13,177 nt of DNA from Zygophlyctis sp. KS116. Taxonomy: Eukaryota; Fungi; Chytridiomycota. Under the pieces are notes generated by a model. The model was not told the DNA's origin. It worked only from the letters and a program-made list of their open reading frames with translations, and searched no databases. Shown piece after piece: positions 1-8,621 of the stretch. Each line of letters opens with the position of its first letter. Position 1 is the stretch's first letter. The stretch lies in NCBI GenBank assembly GCA_054661495.1, contig BAAFSQ010000275.1, positions 1 through 13,177 of the forward strand, given 5' to 3'. A program made the position numbers and the translations under genes.

Positions 1-102
1 TAAAATTAAAACACGCAAATTTGTTCTAAGTTTTTTTTAGGTGCTTTAGGGGAACCCATGGACTCAGTCAAGACTCAGCTAAGGGTTATAAAACCATCTA
101 GT

Positions 103-254
103 AAATAAATTATTGGTATTTTTAATGAAAAATAAATTATTGCTATGGGTTAAACCTTCAATCAATAATTGCAATTGGATTGAAGCCTGCAATCAATTAT
201 TGCAAAAAATATATTGCAATAATTGATATACCAATAATGTTTTGCACACCCCTG
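103..254. mobile_element. Probable right end of an hAT-superfamily DNA transposon or MITE (terminal inverted repeat plus subterminal repeats)
   Basis: Ends in TGCACACCCCTG (243-254; reverse complement CAGGGGTGTGCA), resembling hAT CAGGG.. termini. It is preceded by repeated CAAT(A/T)ATTG / TTATTGCAA motifs, including a perfect 14-bp inverted repeat (192-205 / 214-227) and AAATAAATTATTG twice (103-115, 130-142). The partner terminus is not in the window. Confidence 0.55.
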
Positions 255-835
255 TATTGATCCCAAAATAAAAGATGTTTGTAACTTTTTCCCCAAGTGT
301 GGAAAATTGAACAAAAAATCATAGAATAGCTGATAAAACTTGATATCACATCTAATTGCGTGTTCTAGTGATTGTGTCTACGGGCAGCAGTCGGGTCGTG
401 CCAATTAATGAGTTACTGTGGAGATGCAGCTTTTTCCGAAACTTCATTCTGATTTTTTGAGTCAAGATTTACGACTGGTGTCTAAAGTTTTGAACGAGGA
501 CAGATCCTAAAAGATTGAAATAGATATTAAAAGATTATCTAGATTATCTTGTTATCTTTTTTCCATTCTTTAAATATCGGATTATCTATTTTGTAGTTAA
601 TATTCCCCCAGGATAATATCTAGAAGTATTTTTCGGAATCCCTGGTTTGATTATTATTTGCGTATCTAATTCAGAATAAATCGGGTATTTTAATTTTAAC
701 AAGCCTTGTTTATTTTGGAAGATTTCGATTGAGATAAAAGATCATCTATATTGTGCATTCTTATTAAGAAGTTTGTCCTGAAATTTTCTGGCTATCCAAA
801 TTTTGCATAGTGAAATTTTCTGCGCAGTAAATTTT

Positions 836-2076
836 ATGCTAAAAAATGAAAACAATCGGCTAGAATACCTTGATGGTATGAGAGGTGCAGCAGCTTTATC
901 AGTTGTTTTTACTCATTTTGTCTCAATTACCGACCAGAAAATGACTTTCCATCTAATTGGTGAGATGGGTGTTTGGCTGTTTTTTGTTCTTTCATCTTTT
1001 CTAATCACTCAAGGACTCCATAGGAGATTCTCAGAGAAAGAAAGTTCGGTATGGATGATTATGATTGATTACACTATCAGGAGATTATGTCGTATTTATC
1101 CTTTACTGATAAGCGTCGTTGGCTTTGTATACCTGTTTCCTAATTATACTACACCTCATTTACTATTGGCAAACATTGCAAAAGACTGGCAAACTGTACT
1201 ATCTATTTATTCATATTCAATGCTATGGTCGATACCAGTTGAGATGCAATCTTATTTATTCCTACCGATCATACCACTATACTCTACCAGATACTCTGGA
1301 AAGAATGGTTGGATATATGTAGTCATTATATCTCTCTTTTTTGCTATGCTATGGGCTTTTGCATTTCCTCCACCGCAGAACACTGGACCATTTATTCTAT
1401 TGAAACATGTAGTTCCTGTATTTCTTACGGGACAAATAACGGCAATTCTTCAAATTAAAACTTTGAAATATCTGCCAATCTTGAAGAAAAAATGTAAAAT
1501 TACTTTTTAATCTTGATAGACAAAAGTCTTCTTAAATGGGGTTTAAAGCCATTGCTCATTCTTGGTGATCTTATATGTTGGTGCTTGGTTATTGCTTTAT
1601 CGTGGGTATCGATTAAGCAGTTTCGTCATGGATATCAAAGTAAATGGTATGCCAATGATCCAAATTTGTCGGCTCCGCTCCTGGGTGCTCTTTTGTACGT
1701 GTCTTCAATCATACAGCAAGGTACATTTGTACAATTCTTTGAATCTTCACTTTTCAGATTTGCTGGAAAGATAAGTTTCAGTATTTATTGTCTCCATTCT
1801 TGGGCTATTTGGTGGGAACAGCTTATTTTCCCTGCTTGGGGGTTTGCAGAAGGTTTGATTGTGGTGTATATATTCATTATTGGTTTATCTACTGTAACTT
1901 TCAATCTTATTGAAAACCCTGGAATCAGCATTGGAAGTTGGTTATGCCGTAAAATTAAAAGTCCCAAAAAGTTTACTGTTATATTACAAGAGATTCCTAA
2001 AGAAGAGAAAGTGGATAATTATGAAGAGGTCTTGCCACTTCATTCAACAAACAGGAAGGAAATTCTAAATTCTTGA
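836..2076 (+). CDS. Acyltransferase-3 family (OafA/YrhL-like) multi-pass membrane O-acyltransferase, 404 aa; join(836..1493,1520..2076)
   Basis: Family motifs LDGMRGAAALSVVFTH, GVWLFFVLSSFLIT, RRLCRIYP, LWSIPVEMQSY and FRFAGKISFSIYCLH, with many hydrophobic segments. ORFs 803..1510 and 1513..2076 join in frame through a 26-nt intron 1494-1519 (GTAAAA...TTAATCTTGATAG). First ATG at 836. Confidence 0.9.
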
Positions 2077-2541
2077 ATACTATCTTATATCATATACGAC
2101 GCTGCTTGCGAGCATTTTATCGGCTTACAACAAAATTCCCATGATTCGGCAGAGTCTCTTATTGGAATGGGAGAGCTGTTGTCTCTTGTTAAGCTGATTC
2201 GTATTATCTCAACCATTTAAATGGATCATAGATACTAAAAGTCTTTCTCAAATCACAATGTATTCATGATTTGGGTCAGTTGCGACTCCTTAAAATTTTT
2301 AACAATAAGACAGCCCCGTTGACCCTGAAGACTTTGCAGTGGATGGATTGACAGATTATGTTGGGTTTACTGTAGACTGTATCTTTCCATTAGGGTCATG
2401 AGTTTACTCAACTAACAATTCTCTATGGGGATATTAAGATGAGAATCTCTATTTAGAAAATCATTAATTAAGAGTTTCCTAGTGGTAAAATATAGATAAA
2501 TCAGGAGAATTTATTATTCTATAGATCACAGAGTATGTACT

Positions 2542-3670
2542 TTATTCCTCAGTGACACTTGATATTTCAAACCCTAAGCTTGTGATTAAATCTAAAATGA
2601 TTGAACGATCTACTTGTGAAAGGACTGTTAAAACACATGATCTATTTATCGGGTCTGAAATAGAGAATTCTCCAACTCCCATATCTTTTAGAGCATTTGA
2701 AATGGCAAATGTACAAGATTTGCAGCTTGTTCCCTACAAATTAGATTAAACCAAAAAATACGCTAATTTCTACTTCAAAGTTGGACATTGGGCCACATCC
2801 TCCCCCATAGCATGGCGATTTTCCTCTCAATCTAGAAAACCCTTTAAATGCTATAGTGAGCGCTCCAGCAACTCCAACAGCCTCTCCAGTTGCTTTGAAA
2901 GGATTCTTTTCAAATTCATTTTCCCATTCATTTAGAGCTTTTTTTGGGTGCCTCATCAGTCTTGGAGTTGAAGCAACACCTGCAATCAAATCCAATGATG
3001 CTGCTTTAACACCGTGATATTTGGGAAACATAAATTGTAATTCCATCGGTGCATTCTCTTGAGTAAAATCAGACGGATCTTGTGATAGAGGTATTGATTT
3101 CAAACAATTCTCATCACAATCTGAATCAAGAATATAAAACTGACTAGAGATTGCAGAAAATTTTCCTTCATGTCTCCATATTGACCATCCAGATATGTAT
3201 TTAAGATAGTATCTACCATTGGGAAGAGAAGGAACAGTCCATTTTAAATGCCCAAACCCCGCCCGAGGCAAAACATAAAACTTTGAGTAATTACTGTGAA
3301 GAATAACTTTGAATTCACTTTCTGATGCTATCTTGGCAACTCTATCAAAAGATGCATTTAAAATATATAAATCACTGGTTCTAAAATATGATCGTGAGCT
3401 AAGTCCAAAAGTTTCCATGTATAGATCTAACGATTCATTGACTTTGACAATTGAATTTTTCTCTGGTGTAGCAAATGTCATATTTCTAGTCCTAAATCCA
3501 TCAAAAAATGCAAGCATAAATGGAACAGAAGTTAACCCAGTCATCCATGATAAAATAGAATTTTGAACTGACAATCCACCCGACATTGTTGCACCAGCGA
3601 TAATTGGGCACAATGGGCAAATGCATCGACACAATGCTATAAAGTATGAGAATAAGATCCAGACTTTCAT
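2542..3670 (-). CDS. Cys-rich secretory or membrane protein with a C-terminal HMA domain, about 366 aa; complement(join(2542..2733,2762..3670))
   Basis: Signal-peptide-like start MKVWILFSYFIALCRC at ATG 3670. A 28-nt intron 2734-2761 (GTATTT...CTAATTTGTAG) extends the 2741..3784 ORF by 63 aa, giving FEVEIS-GTSCKSCTFAISNALKDMGV...IILDLITSLGFEI. This matches the HMA pattern (GxxCxxC, xAL, terminal xxLGF). Stop TAA at 2544-2542. Confidence 0.82.
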
Positions 3671-3716
3671 CAATAAATTTCTACTTTTCTCCCCTAAACC
3701 ATGAAAATCCATTTCA

Positions 3717-4105
3717 ATGGACAAAAATAATTCATTGTCTCCCTTTAGAGTTCCAGCCAAATCCTCCAAATTACCGACAGGCACAGGATATTCAAACTAT
3801 GACTGGCTTCAGAAATCATTTCCCCAAAAGGCCCCAATAAGAGTTTCAACGGCAGAATTGTCCAAACATAATCTAGAAGATGATGTATGGATCGCAATTC
3901 AAGGTAGAGTTTACGATATCACTCATTACATTCCATATCATCCAGGAGGCAAATATCAAATATTAAGGGGCAAAGGTATCGACGCAACAGAATTATTCTT
4001 CAAAGTTCACCCATGTAAGGATTAAGTTTTAATAAGTTAGGGGTAAATCCAGAAGCTCTTTTGGGTAAATGTTGGATTGGATTTCTTGTCCGAGATCAGT
4101 CTTAA
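3717..4105 (+). CDS. Cytochrome b5-like heme-binding protein of the Irc21 / Ncb5or-b5 / RLF type, 120 aa; join(3717..4014,4041..4105)
   Basis: Motifs GYSNYDW, ELSKHN..DDVWIAIQGRVYDITHYIPYHPGG and GIDATELF..VHPWVN..LL.KC.IG, with both heme His ligands. The conserved HPWVN is restored only by removing the 26-nt intron 4015-4040 (GTAAGG...TTAATAAGTTAG). Confidence 0.92.
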
Positions 4106-4148
4106 ATTGTAATAGCTTTAATAGAAATTTCTGATTTTTTTAATTCCG

Positions 4149-7000
4149 ATGTACAAAATAGACTATCCGCATATTGTTGTAACTACTGATTTGAATTCTT
4201 CGGATGGCCTGGTTATTGACAAGGAATCATCAAAGATTTTACTTTTAGGTAATTAGCATCAATTGACACGTAGAGTATCTTAGTTGGCGCGTACTAACAA
4301 TATAGGACACAGCTGGAAGTGGAGGAGATTATTCATCATGAATCAAATATATCTACAGTAATTGATAAACATAATTTGATAAATAATGTTATCAATGGTA
4401 AAAAATATTGATAATGATTAGGAAACTCAACCGCTCTTATTCAAGGGACAATCGGACATCCATTTGGACAATCCAATAAAATGTAGGTTTATGCGTGAAT
4501 AATTCTCAAAGAAATTCATTTGATTGTTGGATTGCAGAATTATTCCAAGAGCTGGAAAACGTTTCAGATCCACGAGTAACAGCTGGGTAATTCAATTTTT
4601 TGATTAATAACAGCTTATACGGGTTTACAGACAGCAAATGCATCGATATGATGAATGATCAGATTGTTCAGGGTATATGATTTAAAAATTGATTTTAAGT
4701 GGACTCTGCTATGCAGAAACTAAAAGTTGTACGGGATCCACAGCGCTTAATAAGCATAATCAAACAGGGAATAAACATTCCGTGGGCGGTCATAATACAG
4801 ATCGAAAGGCGTGAGCCAGTACGAACAGTTGGCACTCTTATTATGGTATGCACTCTATGATTTGAATTCAAAGTTGAATATCCATGATTTAGGATTTGTT
4901 AAAGATGCTCCCGAAAATTTATCTGCCGAATCTCTCAAGATGGTATTGAACCAATGTAGTCTGAAGACTAAAATGCCTCAAATTGGAGCCGGAGGGCCTA
5001 TATTACACTTATTTTCTGGTATTTTTTGGTTTTAATTTCAAGAAATAATCGGACAAAAATATTTTCTTATTTTATCTCTGGGGATTGATGTAAATTATTG
5101 TAGTTGATCTCTAGAAAACTGTCACGATTGAACAGACTTCTCTACTTTGTTTTTTGAATCAATTTTCAACTATTAAATGTTCTTTGGTATCCTGAATTTT
5201 AATCTTACACTATAGAACACCACATTCGTTGATCCGAGACTGGAATTTTTAGAAAGAAAGATTCATGCTCAGAACTTGGAGTTGGCAGAACTAAAGGTAT
5301 GCTAATAGTCCGGTTCTGATTAAATAATTAGATCATATTTGAAGCTGAAGCTAATAAATTAAAAGAAGAAATTGAAAATTTCAAGAATGAAGAATCGGAT
5401 AAAAGAGAACATCAAATAGCTATTTTACATGCTGAACAAGACGAAATGTTAGCCAAAGTTTCTTATGATTATCAAGAGGACTCCACGAGGGTATAATATT
5501 TTTTATTATTTAATTCAAGATGTTTATGAACAATCAATTGAACGTTTCAAACATAAAAATCACTCAGAATTGTATCAAACTAGAAAAATTAAATGAGCTG
5601 GAAATGCAACGACGGATCAGAGTTCAAATACGTAATTAATATGAGCTATTAATGTTTCATAGTCTCTCAATACCACTTGGCTCAAGGTTTATTAATGGCT
5701 TCTGAAAAGAAATGCATCTCAGTCGAAAAAAATAATTCAATTTTATCAGAGACTTATCAAAAAAATATCGATTCGAGTACAAAAGAATTGGGAGAAATTA
5801 GAATTAACCGTCAAGAAACCGAGGAAATGCTTAATTCGAAAATCAATATTTTAGAAGCCTTAATTTTTGAAAAAGGAGAACATATTGGCGAACTAACTAA
5901 TAAGATTGAAGAAATGAAGGCTAAAAATGATGGAAAATCTGAAAAATTGAAGAATACAGCCGATGAAATGAAATCATCTATTAAAGAGCTAAGTAAAGAA
6001 TTGGAATTGTCTAAAAGGCGTCAATCTGAAATTGAAGAGGAAAACATAAAGCTAATTCAAGAAATTGAATCTTTAAAATCAATTCATTCCATTAATTCTA
6101 ACTATTATTCATATTCTTCAGATTTGGGAGCTAAAAAAGATAATACTATAAAGCTGACCAAAAACAAATCTAGGCCACAGGTCGAACCAGTCAAGACACC
6201 GTTAGAAATTATGGAGGAGGGAGAGTCTGAAGGTCATATTGAACTGGACGCTATTAGTCAAGAATTCGAAAATACTCATGATAATTCTGTTTCAAATAAC
6301 CTAAGCAAATCAGACGAGACAGAGGAGCAAAAAAATCAAAAAGGTAATGCCACTATTTATTAAAAAATAGTCAAAGGCTCAAAAAAACAACGAAAACAAA
6401 AAAGTGAGAGTACGGCGGAACATATATATCCGTCGAAGGATCCATCGTCATCTGTAGAAGAAGTCATTGCATCAACTACAAAGACTAAGAAATCAAAAAA
6501 GAAGCAAAATCTGTTAAAAGATGACATCGAAGGAAATAACCAGCCTGCCTCCAAGTCCACTGTAGCCCCAGCAGTATCAGTGGATGGTTCAAAATCCAAA
6601 TCTTCAAAGGAAAAGCGAAAAGCCAAGGATAATAATTCAGATCCTGCACTTTCTTCCAAAGAAAATGACGATGCATCGATTAAAATTCCTCCAAAACCTG
6701 TGGAGGTAGTCAAGAAGCGTAAAATCGGCAATAAAAAACGGGAAAGAGAAGAAAAGGAGGTTTCTGATGTTGAGCTATCGCAGGTATTTTGGGTAATAGT
6801 TTCTAAAAAATTAGCAAGATGTACAGCATTCACAATCATTTCTGAGCAATTTTAGCATTTGGCCATTTACTGCTCAGGAAGACACAACACAGGAATCAGT
6901 TCCGGAAAATATAATGGCTATGCCTGAAGCAGTGATCCCAAAGCTCACTGAAGCAAAGGATAATCGTAGAACCATGCGATTATTAAGAGAATGTGTATAG
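4149..7000 (+). CDS. Kinesin-fold pseudo-motor protein with coiled coil and Lys/Ser-rich tail, about 809 aa; join(4149..4248,4274,4306..4397,4422..4482,4512..4586,4614..4672,4700..4845,4874..5018,5043..5089,5115..5186,5216..5296,5332..5490,5520..5631,5663..6343,6371..6783,6815..7000)
   Basis: Fifteen GT-AG introns of 24-35 nt join into one stop-free frame (2430 nt) that absorbs track ORFs 4811..5035, 5677..6363 and 6580..6855. The first about 275 aa follow kinesin element order: LINNVINGNSTALIQG, IAELFQEL..RVTAGLYGFTDSKCIDMM, VVRDPQRLISIIKQG..AVIIQIE..GTLIMLNI, NLSAESLKMVL, ILHLFSEIIG..LILSLGI, QTSLLCFLNQFSTIKC. E/K-rich heptads follow. The 3' end is uncertain: a possible extra intron 6995-7029 would extend it. 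Confidence 0.75.
4274..4274 (+). other. Candidate single-nucleotide exon (A) between introns 4249-4273 and 4275-4305
   Basis: Sequence reads ...TTGACACGTAG|A|GTATCTTAG...TACTAACAATATAG. The upstream exon ends in phase 1 and the downstream exon starts in phase 2, so 1 nt (or 1+3n) is required between them. Confidence 0.55.
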
Positions 7001-7107
7001 TAGAAAAGCTTGTAAATACATTTTTATAGGGATTGACGCTTTTTACTTTTTATGGGGAACTTAGTCAAACTAAATATAAGCATTTAGGCCACTTTCATGA
7101 AAATAGG

Positions 7108-7402
7108 TTATGCAGAAACATGATCACGAGCCAAAGCAGAAATCATTCCATCAACGCCAACATCATTATTAGGTGAAAGTTTACAATTCATTGTGGGCGC
7201 TTGTCTCTCTGGTTGTGCAGCACAACTAGGTGTTGGATTACCAACTTGAGCTTAAAAAATTCTATTGGTAGATTTTAATTCACAAGACACATGATATCCA
7301 CAGTAAGATGTACAAAAGGAGCTCTTCCAAGATCAGGTCTAATAGTTTCATAAACATCTCCTGCGTCAATAAAAAGTAAACTGCGGATGTATCTTCAGGA
7401 AA
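7108..7402 (-). pseudogene. Phosphate-induced protein 1 (Phi-1/EXORDIUM-like) pseudogene fragment
   Basis: Reads FPEDTSAVYFLLT/AGDVYETIRPDLGRA/SFCTSYCGYH...RIF*AQVGNP...SPNNDVGVDGMISALA. This matches the Phi-1 motifs Y.vLTa.DV, FC..CG.H, YA.VGN and PN.DVGVDGM. It carries two frameshifts and one nonsense codon and is truncated at both ends. Confidence 0.8.
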
Positions 7403-7524
7403 TTATGGTGCTAATATCTTCAATGCTGTAGCAACATTTTTTGATTGTCTATCTACAACAATAATAAGTTTAATAGCTTCAAATATAACCGATAACTTAA
7501 TATTCTAAGATTATATAATTATAG

Positions 7525-7949
7525 CTCGAGCCATTTATTTCAGCTCAGATCATGGAGCTTCATCATAAGAAGCATCATGCAGCTTATGTTGCTAATTTGA
7601 ATATTGCGTCTGAAAAGTTGGATTCTGAAATTGCAAAAAAGGACTTATAAGCAATCATTGGTCTTGAGCCGGCAATTAAGTTTAACGGTGGCGGTCATAT
7701 CAATCATACCTTTTTTGGAATTGCTTAACTCCCAGCAAAAGTCATGCTGCAGAGTTGTAAACCGGTAAGTAATTTGTTTTAATATTAGGAAATTTCAAGT
7801 CTGCGATTGAAAGAGATTTTGGATCTGTTGATGCGTTTAAAACTGCATTTTCTGCTGGAGTTCAAGGATCTGTATGGGGATTGTTTGGATACAATAAAAC
7901 TAGTCAAAAACTAGAAATTGCAACCACGCCCAATCAAGATCCATTATTA
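7525..7949 (+). pseudogene. SOD2: Mn superoxide dismutase (Fe/Mn-SOD family) pseudogene fragment
   Basis: Reads [26 protein letters not shown]...KFNGGGHINHT/FW...AIERDFGS...[12 protein letters not shown]...NQDPLL. Lesions: TAA at 7648 and 7758, a frameshift near 7711-7716 and a small deletion before GVQGS. It keeps a 24-nt intron at 7765-7788 and lacks the C-terminal DxWEHAYY metal-ligand motif. Confidence 0.9.
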
Positions 7950-8169
7950 CGTTTGGAACGCCACTTAAAGCCGCCAGCTTAGTATAGCACCTTATATAGG
8001 CTATCCCGTTGTCAAAACTCCTTTTGAGAGCCATTTATTCTATTATTTTAACCCTCTCTTCCCCACCAAAGTGTTTAGTTGAGCACTCACATGGATTGAA
8101 TCAACATAAAACTTATTGTATTGTAAATTTATTAGATTTTACTTAATAATTCAAAACTTCTGGCCTATT

Positions 8170-8550
8170 TAGTAAAGACTTAAAGCCAAATTATTCGGAT
8201 GAATAACAATTGATTCATTTTTCGCAATTCTATGCCCAGTGTAACACATATAAACTCCACAAGAGTTTCAATCATATTGCTTTGAAGATTAGCCGAGTGT
8301 ACTGCACATTTAATTTATGTCCAGTATAAGCTTGGATGAATTCAATAATACCATCGAAAATAACACAATACCCAGTTTCATTAGGTTTAGCAGAGTTTTC
8401 TTATTTCAAATGAAATTTGTAACATTTAAACCAGATTGAAGACTTGTTATGAAATGAGTATAAGACTCATACGCAGCTTCCAACAAATGTAGATAAGCAT
8501 TGATCATTTCATCATTTAACCACACTTGATTATTACAGAGTCTGTTTAAA
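8170..8550 (-). pseudogene. Ulp1/C48 SUMO-protease-like remnant, probably transposon-borne
   Basis: LNRLCNNQVWLNDEMINAYLHLL (about 8550-8480) matches the Ulp1 WLNDEvINfY motif. KQYD*NSCGVYMC (about 8282-8244) matches the Q.N..DCGvf catalytic-Cys motif. The region between is disrupted and no clear catalytic His-Trp motif remains. Confidence 0.7.
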
Positions 8551-8621
8551 ATGTTTGAGAAATTGGAATATTGTTTATGAATATTTCTTGGAAATTCATC
8601 AAGTGTGTCTATACTGTCATA

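Noticed and set aside
803-2076. Two separate genes or a frameshifted pseudogene (ORFs 803..1510 and 1513..2076)
   Set aside because: A 26-nt GT-AG intron joins them into one full-length acyltransferase.
2077-2541. Possible small gene between the convergent acyltransferase and HMA genes
   Set aside because: Only short stop-bounded frames are present, and I could not build a consistent spliced model or find motifs.
2552-2749. 65-aa plus-strand ORF
   Set aside because: Antisense shadow of the HMA-encoding exon.
3671-3784. N-terminal extension of the 2741..3784 ORF overlapping the cytochrome b5 gene
   Set aside because: It starts at a GTG and is antisense to the b5 coding sequence. ATG 3670 gives a signal-peptide-like start with no overlap.
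4249-4305. Single 57-nt intron
   Set aside because: It puts the downstream exon out of frame (stop at 4359, or at 4477 if a further intron 4358-4421 is assumed) and loses the kinesin-like motifs.
6360-6839. 159-aa minus-strand ORF (and 6485..6676)
   Set aside because: Antisense shadow of the Lys/Ser-rich exon of the kinesin-like gene; no motifs.
7108-7949. Stop-codon reassignment (for example TAA=Gln) suggested by in-frame TAA codons in the SOD and Phi-1 sequences
   Set aside because: The same fragments also carry frameshifts, deletions and truncations. Intact genes have long exons free of TAA/TAG, use CAA/CAG for Gln and end in TAA. This is ordinary pseudogene decay.
7950-8010. Helitron 3' end (hairpin + CTRR) downstream of the Ulp1 remnant
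   Set aside because: Only weak imperfect stems, with no convincing terminus.
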